In this document: piece after piece, positions 8,598 through 18,849 of the stretch
How the letters are laid out: each line of letters begins with the position of its first letter
Numbering within the stretch: position 1 is the stretch's first letter
Source: Hadesarchaea archaeon
Lineage (GTDB): Archaea > Hadarchaeota > Hadarchaeia > Hadarchaeales > WYZ-LMO6
Reading direction: 5' to 3'
NCBI GenBank assembly: GCA_029259185.1
Contig: JAPDJF010000003.1
Span: forward strand, 14,875 to 78,874
Length of the DNA: 64,000 nt
The notes under the pieces: generated by a model
Database searches by the model: none
What the model was told of the DNA's origin: nothing
Seen by the model: the letters and a program-made list of their open reading frames with translations, nothing else
Translations under genes and position numbers: made by a program

Positions 8598-11306
8598 ATG
8601 TGTTGTGAGTTCGACAAAAGTTTGAAAGTGCCTAAAGAGTACGATCCACACACCGTTGAACCGAAGTGGCAGAAGAAATGGGAGGAAATGGGTATCTACC
8701 GGTTCAACCCCCAGGATCGGGAGAGGCCAACTTATGTTATAGACACACCCCCCCCATACCCGAGCGGTGAGTTTCACCTCGGAACAGCTTTGAATTGGAC
8801 GTACATGGACATAGTGGCCCGATACAAGCGAATGCGGGGATATAACGTTTTGTTTCCCCAGGGGTGGGATTGTCATGGGTTGCCCACTGAAGTCCAAGTG
8901 GAGAGGAAATACGGTATCCGCAAGGGAGATCTCCCCCCCCAACGATTTCGTGAGCTGTGCGTGAAGCTGACGGAAGAAAACATAAAGCGGATGAAAGAAG
9001 AAATGCTTTCCTTAGGATTTTCGATCGATTGGACGACCGAGTACAAGACCATGGATCCGGAATACTTCTCAAAGACTCAGCTTTCATTCATTCGCTTGTA
9101 TAGGGATGGACTGATCTATCGTGGAGAACATCCTGTGAACTGGTGCCCGAGGTGTGAGACTGCAATAGCGGATGCTGAGGTTGAGTACGAGGAGAGGGAG
9201 GGGAGATTGAACTACCTAAAGTTCAGGATCCAAGGGAAGGATGAACACCTCATAATCGCAACAACACGGCCAGAGTTCTTACCGGCATGTGTGGCCGTGG
9301 CCGTGCATCCAGCCGATCGAAGGTACGAGAGGTACGTGGGAGAAAGAGTGGAGGTCCCCGCCTCCGGGCATGTGGTCGAGATTATAGCCGACCCCGAAGT
9401 CGACCCAGAATTCGGGACGGGGATAGTGATGATATGCACCTACGGGGATAAAACGGATGTACGCTGGGTGGCCAAACACAAGCTTCCTGTGATCAAACTC
9501 TTGGACGAGCGTGGAAGGATGACCGAGGTTGCTGGAAAGTATAAGGGTCTTGATATCGAGGGATGCAGGAGGGCCATACTCACGGATCTCAAGAGAGCGG
9601 GTTTGCTCGAAAGGGAAGAAAAGATATCTCAAAGCGTGGGGGTCTGCTGGAGATGTAAGACACCAGTTGAGATCTTGACAAAAAAACAGTGGTTTATGAG
9701 GGTTCTGGATGTCAAAGAGAGGGTCATAGAGGGGGCGAATCGTGTGAGGTGGGTCCCTGCACACATGAAACAGCGAATGATAAACTGGATCGAGTCCATG
9801 GATTGGGACTGGGTGATATCCAGACAGAGGGTATTCGCCACACCGATTCCCGTGTGGTATTGCAAGAGGTGTGGTGAGACCGTGGTTGCCGAGGAAGATC
9901 AGCTTCCGGTGGATCCGACCAAAAGCAGACCTAAGGTGGAGAAATGTCCGAAGTGTGGGGGGGAGGAATTCGAGGGGGAGCACGACGTGTTGGATACATG
10001 GATGGACAGTTCGATAACTGTAGCCGTCCATGCGGGCTGGCCAAACTTAAATCCTCGCCTCTTTCCGGCCGATCTCCAGCCGAACGGAACCGATATCATA
10101 AGGACATGGGACTATTACCTTTTAGTTCGACACTTAGCGCTTCTTAATGAGATCCCGTATCGAACTGTACTCATAAACGGAATGGTGTTCGGTGAGGATG
10201 GGCGCAAAATGTCGAAGTCTTTGGGCAACTTCATCGAGACGGCATCCGTTTATAAGAAATATGGGGCTGACGCTCTCCGACAGTGGAGCGCCCTCGGAGC
10301 CTCTACGGGCTCGGACGTACCCTTCTCTTGGAAAGAAATAATCTTTGGAAGGAGGTTTCTCCAGAAATTCTGGAACGCTGCGAGATTCGCGGGGCCACAC
10401 ATATCCAAAGCTGTGGAGCTCAGCCCCCGAAGATTGAGATTCAAACTATCTGATCGATGGATCCTGAGTAGGCTCAACCGAGTGATCGAGCGAGTGACGT
10501 CTTTCCTCGAAGAATTTCAGTTTAATCGGGCACTCATCACTATCCAGTCCTTCGTATGGCATGAGTTCTGTGATCAGTACATCGAGGAAGTTAAGTACAG
10601 GATCTATGAGGGGGGAGAAGATTCGGACGCAGCGAGGTATGCCCTGCGCGAGGTTATCTCGAAAGTATCCAAGTTGCTGGCACCATTCACACCCCACCTT
10701 TCGGAGGAGGTTTATCATACCTATCTCCGAGATGAGGGGTATCCAAGTGTGCATCTCGCACCTTGGCCTGAGCCTGACTTCGACATGATAGATGAAGAGG
10801 CGGAAAAAGCGGGTGAGGTACTGAATGCAGTGCTGAGTTCAATTCGGCAGTTCAAATCATCTAAAGGGCTTCCCCTCAGTCACGAGCTTGGAGAACTCAG
10901 AATCTTCACACCTCACAAATGGGTAACTGAAGTGCTTGAAGAAGCGAGGGACGACTTAGTCAATACGGGGCACGTGAAGAAACTTGTTGTGTCTACCGGT
11001 AGGCCAGAGCTAGAGGAGAGAGTGATATCGGTAGAACCCAACCTTTCGAAACTTGGACCGAAGCTACGCTCGCACGCTAAGCGTGTTATTGACTTTTTGA
11101 GGAAAACAGACGTCGGGGAGATCGTCAGACGCATCGAGAGGGGTCCCTTAACACTGGACGTCGAGGGCGCAAGGGTCGAAATAAGCCCTGAGGAGCTCGT
11201 CGTGAAGAAAGAAGTGGTATCCAAGAACGGGGCCGCTGATGTCGTTCGGGTAACTGATCCTGAGATGACCCTTCTCGTTTGGGTAGGATCATCCTCTGAC
11301 ACTTGA
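8598..11306 (+). CDS. valS: Valyl-tRNA synthetase.
   Basis: About 900 aa class I aaRS. It has PYPSGEFHLG (a HIGH-like motif), KMSKS (MSKSLGNF), editing-domain Cys clusters and a C-terminal coiled coil, in the archaeal ValRS arrangement. Confidence 0.85.
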   Translation: MCCEFDKSLKVPKEYDPHTVEPKWQKKWEEMGIYRFNPQDRERPTYVIDTPPPYPSGEFHLGTALNWTYMDIVARYKRMRGYNVLFPQGWDCHGLPTEVQVERKYGIRKGDLPPQRFRELCVKLTEENIKRMKEEMLSLGFSIDWTTEYKTMDPEYFSKTQLSFIRLYRDGLIYRGEHPVNWCPRCETAIADAEVEYEEREGRLNYLKFRIQGKDEHLIIATTRPEFLPACVAVAVHPADRRYERYVGERVEVPASGHVVEIIADPEVDPEFGTGIVMICTYGDKTDVRWVAKHKLPVIKLLDERGRMTEVAGKYKGLDIEGCRRAILTDLKRAGLLEREEKISQSVGVCWRCKTPVEILTKKQWFMRVLDVKERVIEGANRVRWVPAHMKQRMINWIESMDWDWVISRQRVFATPIPVWYCKRCGETVVAEEDQLPVDPTKSRPKVEKCPKCGGEEFEGEHDVLDTWMDSSITVAVHAGWPNLNPRLFPADLQPNGTDIIRTWDYYLLVRHLALLNEIPYRTVLINGMVFGEDGRKMSKSLGNFIETASVYKKYGADALRQWSALGASTGSDVPFSWKEIIFGRRFLQKFWNAARFAGPHISKAVELSPRRLRFKLSDRWILSRLNRVIERVTSFLEEFQFNRALITIQSFVWHEFCDQYIEEVKYRIYEGGEDSDAARYALREVISKVSKLLAPFTPHLSEEVYHTYLRDEGYPSVHLAPWPEPDFDMIDEEAEKAGEVLNAVLSSIRQFKSSKGLPLSHELGELRIFTPHKWVTEVLEEARDDLVNTGHVKKLVVSTGRPELEERVISVEPNLSKLGPKLRSHAKRVIDFLRKTDVGEIVRRIERGPLTLDVEGARVEISPEELVVKKEVVSKNGAADVVRVTDPEMTLLVWVGSSSDT

Positions 11307-11480
11307 GAGGACGAATATCAACCCAAGGATTATTGTCATCAGGAAGAAAAATAGGATCCTAGCACGTCTAATCCTTCTTTGTTGGATCATGAACACTTCT
11401 TCGCAAGCCTCGGAGCAAAACAGTTTGTCCCTTTCTATAGCTTTTCCACACATCATACAGTGGCGGTGATCTTCGACCAC
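11289..11480 (-). CDS. Small zinc-ribbon protein with a C-terminal TM helix (DUF2116-like).
   Basis: 63 aa with CMMCGKAI...FCSEAC and a hydrophobic tail. Confidence 0.4.
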   Translation of the reverse strand: MVEDHRHCMMCGKAIERDKLFCSEACEEVFMIQQRRIRRARILFFFLMTIILGLIFVLSSVRG

Positions 11481-11484
11481 GCGT

Positions 11485-12186
11485 TCACCTCAGTATTTCG
11501 GTTCCCCTATGTTTTTTTCCACCCAGTATATCGGGAAATCTGGAGATTTCTTCCTTTCCCAACACCAATATCCGGATATTCAAACGCTCGAATAGCTTAA
11601 CCGCTACCGGATCCAGCACCGTGTTCATACCGGGAGTCACCTTGGGCCCCACGAGTTTGAGCAATTCTTGAGTGGTTATCCTGTCAAATTTTCTCGCACT
11701 CGGATCAGATTTGGGGTCTGCGCTGTAGATCCCATCTACATCCGTGAAGTAGACCAACAAGTCTGAGTTGCTCGCCCTCGCCGCCATGGCTGCGACCGCA
11801 TCGGTCGTATGTCCGGGGACGGTTCCTCCCATCACCGGAACTTTCCCCTGAAGGAGGATTTGAATAGCCTCCCTGAAATTCAGCGGGGGTTCAGGATCAG
11901 AGAGATCCCCCAAAGCTAGGCTTAGCAACCTGGCGTTCACACGGGTGATGTCAATACCGAGTTTATGAAGGGAATTCTCAGAGATCCCGAAATTCCTGCC
12001 GACCTCTATGTATCTCCTAGCCGGTTTTCCTCCACCCACCACCACAAAGACATCGTGCTTTCTCGCTTTCAGTTCGCGGATCATGTTCACTGCAGACCTC
12101 ACCCAGCTGAAGTCTGGCCAATCAGGTACCAGAACCGAACCACCGAAATTGATTGTAACTCTCACACATATCCCTATTAAGCCCAT
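11485..12186 (-). CDS. pyrH: Uridylate (UMP) kinase, archaeal type.
   Basis: Amino-acid kinase fold motifs FGGSVL, VVVGGG and TDVDGIYSADP. Confidence 0.8.
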   Translation of the reverse strand: MGLIGICVRVTINFGGSVLVPDWPDFSWVRSAVNMIRELKARKHDVFVVVGGGKPARRYIEVGRNFGISENSLHKLGIDITRVNARLLSLALGDLSDPEPPLNFREAIQILLQGKVPVMGGTVPGHTTDAVAAMAARASNSDLLVYFTDVDGIYSADPKSDPSARKFDRITTQELLKLVGPKVTPGMNTVLDPVAVKLFERLNIRILVLGKEEISRFPDILGGKKHRGTEILR

Positions 12187-12198
12187 GACTAAAAATCG

Positions 12199-13458
12199 TT
12201 GGGAGCCATGTCAACCAAAGCGATATATCAGTTCAAGCGGATGCTGGAGGAGCTTGAGCAGAAGAGGGGAAGGGGAACTGAACTCATCTCCGTGTACATC
12301 ACCCCCGGATTCGATCTCAATAAGGTTGTCGCTCAGCTTCGCGAAGAGCAGGGGACGGCGGCGAACATCAAATCGAAAACCACACGTAAGAACGTGATAT
12401 CAGCGCTGGAGCGGATAATCCAATTCTTGAGGGCATTCATAGAAGCGAGGCAGACGACTCCTCCGAACGGGATGGCGATCTTCTGTGGAAACGTAGCCGG
12501 GAGAGAGGACACGGCAGACATACAGCTGTATTGGGTAGAGCCACCTGAGCCCGTGCCGATCCGCCTCTATCGGTGCGACCAGCAATTCGTGACGGGGCCA
12601 CTTCGAGAAATGCTTGAACCGAAAGAGGTAGTGGGCCTGATAACGATGGATGGAAAGGAGGCCACTATAGCCGTTCTTAAAGGAAAACACACGGAAGTGG
12701 TCGAACACCTAACTTCGGGGGTTTGGGGGAAACACTCCCGGGGAGGGCAATCTGCGAGGAGGTTCGAGCGTATAAGGGAATACGCGATGCACGAATACAT
12801 GAAGCGGGTAGCGGAATCCGCCACGAGTGCTTTTAAACAAGTCCCCAATCTCTACTGCATAATAGTAGGGGGGCCCGGTCCCACCAAGGAGGAGTTTTTG
12901 AAGAAGGAACTCCTTCCCCCCGAACTCAAAAAGAAAGTAGCGGCGGTGGTGGATACCGGATATACGGACGAATACGGCGTGAAAGAACTCGTGAACAAAT
13001 CGAGAGAGGTCTTGGAAAAGCTAGAGATAATGAAGGAAAAAACGATCATGCAGCGCTTCATGACAGGACTCGTGTCACCTGAGGTGGCCGTAGCCTATGG
13101 TGAAGACGATGTAAGGAAAAAACTGGAGGCTGGGGCGGTGGATCTCCTCCTCATCTCGGAAGTGCTTCGCAAAACCAGAGTGAAACTGCGCTGTTTGAAT
13201 TGTGGGAAGATATTCCAGGAATCCACGAGGAATTTAGGATTTTACGAACAACAACTTCGGGATAAGTCATGCCCATTCTGTGGAGAGAACAAGCTTTCAA
13301 TCATCGAGAGCAAAGACGTTGTCCAGGAGCTTATAGAGCTTGGGGAGAAGTTCAACTCCAAGATAGAATTCATCTCAACCGAAACCGAAGAGGGGAAGCA
13401 GCTCGCCGAGAGCTTCGGAGGGGTCGGAGCGATCCTCCGGTTTGAGGTCCACTACTAG
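12199..13458 (+). CDS. prf1: Peptide chain release factor aRF1 (eRF1 homolog).
   Basis: GGQ motif (HSRGGQSARRFER), NIKS-like region (NIKSKTTR) and a C-terminal zinc ribbon. Confidence 0.85.
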   Translation: MGAMSTKAIYQFKRMLEELEQKRGRGTELISVYITPGFDLNKVVAQLREEQGTAANIKSKTTRKNVISALERIIQFLRAFIEARQTTPPNGMAIFCGNVAGREDTADIQLYWVEPPEPVPIRLYRCDQQFVTGPLREMLEPKEVVGLITMDGKEATIAVLKGKHTEVVEHLTSGVWGKHSRGGQSARRFERIREYAMHEYMKRVAESATSAFKQVPNLYCIIVGGPGPTKEEFLKKELLPPELKKKVAAVVDTGYTDEYGVKELVNKSREVLEKLEIMKEKTIMQRFMTGLVSPEVAVAYGEDDVRKKLEAGAVDLLLISEVLRKTRVKLRCLNCGKIFQESTRNLGFYEQQLRDKSCPFCGENKLSIIESKDVVQELIELGEKFNSKIEFISTETEEGKQLAESFGGVGAILRFEVHY

Positions 13459-13892
13459 CTCGTCTCCTTAAAAGTCTCTATTGCCACCAAAGTCTCGATT
13501 TCTCTCACAGAATCTGAGGAGTCCGTCAGATTTTCTAGGAACTTGTTGAGGCTGGCCATATCCCGGGCCCTTATTTTCAACATCAGTCCATGTTTGCCCG
13601 TTACCCTGTGAAGTTCATACACCCCCTTGTATCGGGATAGCATCCGAATGAAATCCTTCACGTACCTAGGGTCTACGTCCAGATTGGCAAAAGCCGTTAG
13701 CCCCAGCCCCAGTTTCTTGTGATCCACTACCACCGTATACTTCTTTATCACCCTCAAGTTCTCTAAGCGTTTGATTCTCTTCCTCACCGCGGAAACGCTG
13801 AGTCCCACTTCTCTTCCGAGTTCCCGGAGCGTCCGTTTGGAATTTTCACCCAACAACCTCAACAGTTTGAGATCGATACTGTCAACTAACAT
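13455..13892 (-). CDS. Lrp/AsnC-family transcriptional regulator (HTH plus RAM domain).
   Basis: N-terminal HTH (LDLKLLRLLGENSKRTLRELGREVGLSVSAVRKRIKRLE) and a C-terminal RAM domain. Confidence 0.75.
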   Translation of the reverse strand: MLVDSIDLKLLRLLGENSKRTLRELGREVGLSVSAVRKRIKRLENLRVIKKYTVVVDHKKLGLGLTAFANLDVDPRYVKDFIRMLSRYKGVYELHRVTGKHGLMLKIRARDMASLNKFLENLTDSSDSVREIETLVAIETFKETS

Positions 13893-13976
13893 GGGTTTAA
13901 TTCCTTTTCTGAAATTTCTTATTTATTTTTTGTTTCCAGTTTTTGCTTTATCACAATTTCTGGAATATTTTAGAGC

Positions 13977-14160
13977 GGAATCGAGCGAGAAACCCCGCGC
14001 GCTTTAGCCGTGGGGTGAATGCGTGCCGAGGGCCGATTCCGCAATAGCTAACGGCCCGAGCGAACGCCCGGAGACCAAGACCCCCGTAACCCCCCTTCCA
14101 AGGGGGATCGAGCCTGGTCGTCGAAGCATGAAGCCACCGCTTTAGCGGTGCGGTAGTTCA
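13977..14160 (+). repeat. Repeat F, copy 1 (about 185 nt; hairpin-rich; other copies at 35552-35730 and 48487-48675).
   Basis: Near-identical blocks (gaatcgagcgagaaaccccgcg(c)gctttagc(c)gtgggg...ggccgattccgcaatagctaacggccc...ccgtaacc...gggggatcgagcc...ccgctttagcggtgcggtag) in all three copies. Confidence 0.5.
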
Positions 14161-15681
14161 TCTCCTTGCAGGTCTCTCGAACTTTCGGAGTTCAATTACC
14201 TCCACCCTCACGTTTGCCTTCGAGCAAGTTTCTACAAGCGAACTACCCCATCTCTTGGGATCGTTAAAGAGTAAAACCCTGCGATACATCTTTCCGTACC
14301 TTAAGAGATATTCCGAAAGCGATTCACACACCGTGTTAATCTGTGCTTCATCCAGCTCTTTTGGAACCACCACTTGGCCTAAGGGATAAAAATCCTCTAG
14401 CTCCTCGGGGACTACCCCGAATGGTGGCACGAGTCTCACCACGTGAATAGATTCAAGGTTCTCCAACATTACCTTGCGTTTCTCAAAGGATGGCAACAAA
14501 ACCAGAGTTTCGGCCGATGGGGGCTTATATCTCCTCATCCTAGATCGGTGTCGGAGAACCTCCGGACGTCTCACAGCCTCAGAACCGAGATAATCGAACG
14601 CCGAGGGTTTTGTGACGGGATCGAATCGCTCTATGAATTCGGTGTAGTTCATGAGTCTCCTGAGTCCCTCGAGTAGCTTGGGGTGAGATCTGCACTTTAG
14701 CTCAACGTATTCCCACAACCTCCCCTCGACTATCGCCTGTCTTATCCTTCGGATCTCCCCAAAGAGAACATGCAGGTTGTGTCGAGCCAGAACTCTGATC
14801 CTCTCGTCGGTTGGGGCTTCCTTCAGTTCTCCCACCGAATATCCAGTGCAGACCGGACACTCACACGGGAGGAAGGCGAGGTCCTCAAGTTTCAGGGTTT
14901 TCTCGTGGGTAAGATACCGACCGTCTCTTGCGTACAGTATGTATGAGGCTGAATCGAAGAGGTCACAGCCCATGAGCACCAACATCGATAGAACCATTGG
15001 GTGTCCAGCTCCGAAGAGATGGACTGGTCGATCTAGGGGAAGGTGCATTTTGGCGGTCATCACCAAATCGACGATGTCAGTGTACGCATATCCCTCCAAG
15101 AATTCGACAGGGCTACCGATCGCGTGGATATGGTAGTCCATCGTACCCATCCTCCGGGCACACTCAGCGACCAAATCCAAATATTTCCCCCCTTGGACGG
15201 GAGCACACCAAATCGTTTCTGGATTCGATCTGAAACGTGTTGCTCGTTCAGCACGCTCCACTGTCGCCCTAACCGTTTCCAGCGCATGATTCCTCGAAGC
15301 CGCTGCTCCGGTCGGGACATCCAAAATGGTCGCGATGTCTGAACCTATCGAATCTTGGTACTTCACCACTTCGTCAGGATCAGCATCGATTTCTCCGTAT
15401 CGAAGGATTTGATACCCTCCGGAATCGGTAGCGATGGGGCCGTTGTAGTCCAGCATCTCGTGGACTTCTCCGTCTCCAAACTTCTTCATCAAAAAATAAG
15501 CATTAGTCATAATCAAACTCTCTTTGAATTCTCGCTTGATCTCAGATGGTTTGATGATGAGGTTGGATGGATCGACTACGGGCATTAGAGCGGGGGTGAG
15601 CACTCGTCCATGTCCGGTTCTCAGTTCGCCTGTTCTACCCATCCCATCCCGGTGGATTATTCGAAAAAATCCTCTTGACAT
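14158..15681 (-). CDS. tgtA: Archaeosine tRNA-guanine transglycosylase (ArcTGT, TIM barrel plus C-terminal PUA).
   Basis: 507 aa. TGT signature (DSGGYQ, zinc CxCxxC ... LFGAGHP) and C-terminal extension domains. Confidence 0.8.
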   Translation of the reverse strand: MSRGFFRIIHRDGMGRTGELRTGHGRVLTPALMPVVDPSNLIIKPSEIKREFKESLIMTNAYFLMKKFGDGEVHEMLDYNGPIATDSGGYQILRYGEIDADPDEVVKYQDSIGSDIATILDVPTGAAASRNHALETVRATVERAERATRFRSNPETIWCAPVQGGKYLDLVAECARRMGTMDYHIHAIGSPVEFLEGYAYTDIVDLVMTAKMHLPLDRPVHLFGAGHPMVLSMLVLMGCDLFDSASYILYARDGRYLTHEKTLKLEDLAFLPCECPVCTGYSVGELKEAPTDERIRVLARHNLHVLFGEIRRIRQAIVEGRLWEYVELKCRSHPKLLEGLRRLMNYTEFIERFDPVTKPSAFDYLGSEAVRRPEVLRHRSRMRRYKPPSAETLVLLPSFEKRKVMLENLESIHVVRLVPPFGVVPEELEDFYPLGQVVVPKELDEAQINTVCESLSEYLLRYGKMYRRVLLFNDPKRWGSSLVETCSKANVRVEVIELRKFERPARR

Positions 15682-15690
15682 CTCAAACGA

Positions 15691-16902
15691 TCAGCAAACT
15701 TCGATCTTTCCTTCAGCTAGTGCATCACAGAAATCGTCTATGTGTTCAAGGGCTAGATTCATCTTCTCCAATATTTCATTCCTGATCTCCCCGATCGATG
15801 TTCCGGGTTTCGTTATCACCCTCGTTATACCTATCGTGGGCTGATCAATCGGCTTGCCAATTTGACTCACGAGCCAAACATAGACCTCCACCACACCCGG
15901 AATCTCCTCATAGATTCGTTGGGCAATGGAATGGGTGAGCAAATTGTATATCTTCCCCACATGACTCACAGGGTTCTTCCCCGCCGCAGCTTCTGAACCC
16001 ATCGGCCTGTTTAGTGGAATGACTCCATTTGAGCGGTTCCCCCTTCCGACTTGTCCCGAATCCGCACCATCCGCACTCGTTCCGAGCACGGTGAGGTATA
16101 CCCCCTCCTCTCCGTGACCACTCGTGTCCAGGGTATTGAGGTCAATTCTGACTTTCTTGAAATCTCCTCTTTCCTTCACGTACCTCTCTATATCTGCGAG
16201 TACCTCCGATTTTTTCCGGAAGTAGTCTTCTTCGTTCATGACGAATCTATCGACGAAAGCTATCCCCACTGTAAGATGTACCTCATCGTTCTTCCTTACC
16301 CCCATCACTTTCACATCCTCGCCGGATTCGGGGAAAGTTTTCTTGAATCGCTTGGAATTGATGTATTTCTCAAGGTCGAGCACCAGTCTTTCCAGGCGTG
16401 AGAGTGGGGCATAACCCACGGCGGCCGAGGTGTCGTTGGCATTAAAGGTTTTGCCTTTCCGCCTGAATATACTGGTGAGGGAAGCTGAGCCTGCTTTGAA
16501 CTCCACTTGATAGTTGATGTGTTTGTCTGGATAAACAAACCTCATGTGCTCAGAGAACCAGTTCTTAGCGGCTTTGATCGCGAGGTCTCCCACAGGAATT
16601 TCAACGTCTTCGACCTTAGAGGTCGCTCGGTCCCCAAAGACGAGCAACATGGGTTTTTTTACCTCCCCTCCACCGAACTTGGTTTCAACTTCTCCTGCAA
16701 CTAGGAGGGATTTGTCAACGTTGTAGTGGAGTATTTGGCCGAATCTCCTCTTGTACTCCCTATCTAGCTCCACCGAGATCTTGTCGAATATCAGATCACA
16801 GATCGTGTCGGGGTGACCCAATCCCTTGCGTTCGACTATTTCGAGTTTCTGTTCTTCCATCGGCTCTTGGTTCAGTTCCTCCACTATCAAATTCCTTCCC
16901 AA
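15691..16902 (-). CDS. S-adenosylmethionine synthetase, archaeal type.
   Basis: About 400 aa. GLGHPDTICD and other blocks are characteristic of archaeal MAT. Confidence 0.8.
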   Translation of the reverse strand: MGRNLIVEELNQEPMEEQKLEIVERKGLGHPDTICDLIFDKISVELDREYKRRFGQILHYNVDKSLLVAGEVETKFGGGEVKKPMLLVFGDRATSKVEDVEIPVGDLAIKAAKNWFSEHMRFVYPDKHINYQVEFKAGSASLTSIFRRKGKTFNANDTSAAVGYAPLSRLERLVLDLEKYINSKRFKKTFPESGEDVKVMGVRKNDEVHLTVGIAFVDRFVMNEEDYFRKKSEVLADIERYVKERGDFKKVRIDLNTLDTSGHGEEGVYLTVLGTSADGADSGQVGRGNRSNGVIPLNRPMGSEAAAGKNPVSHVGKIYNLLTHSIAQRIYEEIPGVVEVYVWLVSQIGKPIDQPTIGITRVITKPGTSIGEIRNEILEKMNLALEHIDDFCDALAEGKIEVC

Positions 16903-16997
16903 TTCTTCACCTGCTGAAGTAGATTTTTTTCACCACTTAAAGCTTTACCCCCAGCTAGTGTACCGACAAAGTTAATGGCTCGTCTCACATAATCTTT

Positions 16998-17720
16998 GTG
17001 GAAGATGGTATGGATCCTGTGAAGGAGCGGGTGGCGAAGCTGATAGCAGGAGACATTACCCTTTCTGATAGACCGAACGAGGCCCTGAAGAGATGGAGGG
17101 AAATATTCAACCTCAGCCAGAAAACACTCGCCGAAGCCCTGAAGGTTTCTCCCTCGTTTATAAGTGACTATGAAAGCGGGAGGAGAAAATCGCCCGGTAC
17201 TACCACTATAAAACGTATCGTCGAAACGCTTATCCGAGCGGATGAGGAACGTGGTGGAAAGATGATTCTGGCTTTCAAGGGGATGTTTGGTGCACACTTT
17301 TCACCAGATATCATCTTGGGTATCACCGAATTCAAGAAGCCCATCAACGGTCAAAGCGTTTGCAGGGCGGTGAACGGGAGGGTCGTAGCGAATCGGCATT
17401 TGCTCAACCGAAAGCTCTTCGGTTATACCGTTATAGACAGCTACAAAGCCGTAATGAAGTTATCGGTTGATGAATTTAAACAGCTTTACGGGCTCAGTTC
17501 TGAACGTGCGCTTGTCTTCACCAGGGTCACCACTGGGAGGACGCCCATGGTGGCCGTGAAGGTGATCGGTATCACTCCGGGAATGGTCGTGTTGCACGGG
17601 CCCCTAAAGCGTGTGGATCCCCTGGGGATAAGGCTGGCGGAAAGCCTACACGTTCCTCTCGTTCACTCTCACGTGCCATCCGTCGACGAACTTTTAGAAA
17701 AGTTGAGACATCTGGAATGA
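16998..17720 (+). CDS. HTH (XRE-like) domain transcriptional regulator, archaeal conserved.
   Basis: N-terminal HTH ([25 protein letters not shown]). The start may be the ATG at 17010. Confidence 0.45.
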   Translation: MEDGMDPVKERVAKLIAGDITLSDRPNEALKRWREIFNLSQKTLAEALKVSPSFISDYESGRRKSPGTTTIKRIVETLIRADEERGGKMILAFKGMFGAHFSPDIILGITEFKKPINGQSVCRAVNGRVVANRHLLNRKLFGYTVIDSYKAVMKLSVDEFKQLYGLSSERALVFTRVTTGRTPMVAVKVIGITPGMVVLHGPLKRVDPLGIRLAESLHVPLVHSHVPSVDELLEKLRHLE

Positions 17721-17799
17721 AGCACTCGTTGACAGCTCCATCAAAAGAGTGGCCTGGGAAATATTTAAAATCCCAGTTCAAAGGTTGCTTGAGGTCTGG

Positions 17800-18849
17800 A
17801 TGAAAGTCGGGATAGTAGGATATGGGGGATACATACCCCGTTATCGCTTGAAGGTAGAGGAAATCGCGAAGGTGTGGGGGGTAAACCCGAGGCAGATCAA
17901 GAGGGGGTTGGGGGTAGAAGAGAAATCCGTGCCCGGTCCGGATGAGGATACTGTAACGATCTCGGTGGAGGCCGCTAGGAACGCCTTGAGGAGGGCGGGG
18001 ATAGATCCGAGATCCATAGGGGCCGTATACGTGGGGTCCGAATCTCACCCTTACACGGTGAAACCCACCGCAACCATCGTGTCCGAGGCAATAGGAGCCA
18101 CCCCCGAATTGACGGCGGCTGATTTCGAATTTGCTTGTAAAGCGGGTACGGCGGGGATCCAAGCGTGTATGGGGATGGTAGAATCCGGAATGATCAAGTA
18201 CGGTTTGGCCGTGGGGGCCGATACCGCCCAGAGTAGCCCCGGCGATGCTTTGGAATATGCCGCGGCGGCAGGGGGGGCTGCTGTGATAGTGGGAAAAGCT
18301 GAGGATGATGCCTTGGCCATCATCGAGGGAACTTATTCGTACACCACGGATACCCCAGACTTCTGGCGCAGGGAGATGAAGCCGTATCCAAAGCATGGTG
18401 GGAGGTTCACGGGGAAGCCTGGGTACTTCAAGCATACGCTCTCCGCAGCATACGGTCTGCTCAGGCAGCTGAAGCTGACTCCAAAGGACTTCGACCACGC
18501 GGTGTTCCATCAACCCAACGGGAAATTTCCAGTAGAGGCGGCAAAGGAACTCGGATTTTCAATGGATCAGATTCGAGCAGGTCTCCTCGCGCCTAAGATA
18601 GGGAACACGTACTCTGGCTCTAGTTTGCTTGGACTCGCGTCCGTGCTTGATCAGTCGAAAGAGGGTGATAGGATCCTCTTGGTATCCTACGGTTCTGGAG
18701 CAGGGAGTGATGCTTTTAGCCTCATCGTGACCGAAAGCATAGAGTCCAAACGAGATCTCAGCCCCAAAATTTCAGATTTCATCGAGGACAAGGTTTACAT
18801 CGACTATGCGACCTATTGTAAACTAACACGGAAGTTGGTGAGGAAGTAA
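17800..18849 (+). CDS. Hydroxymethylglutaryl-CoA synthase (archaeal HMGCS).
   Basis: [16 protein letters not shown] start. Thiolase-fold catalytic Cys region ([11 protein letters not shown]). The upstream extension in the ORF track starts at GTG. Confidence 0.8.
   Translation: MKVGIVGYGGYIPRYRLKVEEIAKVWGVNPRQIKRGLGVEEKSVPGPDEDTVTISVEAARNALRRAGIDPRSIGAVYVGSESHPYTVKPTATIVSEAIGATPELTAADFEFACKAGTAGIQACMGMVESGMIKYGLAVGADTAQSSPGDALEYAAAAGGAAVIVGKAEDDALAIIEGTYSYTTDTPDFWRREMKPYPKHGGRFTGKPGYFKHTLSAAYGLLRQLKLTPKDFDHAVFHQPNGKFPVEAAKELGFSMDQIRAGLLAPKIGNTYSGSSLLGLASVLDQSKEGDRILLVSYGSGAGSDAFSLIVTESIESKRDLSPKISDFIEDKVYIDYATYCKLTRKLVRK

Noticed and set aside
9279-10031. 250-aa ORF antisense to valS. The same pattern appears at 17572-18513 antisense to HMGCS, 23907-24653 antisense to dapB, and 46848-47732.
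   Set aside because: These are long antisense ORFs inside well-supported genes in GC-rich sequence. They have no motifs and a biased Pro/Arg/His composition.
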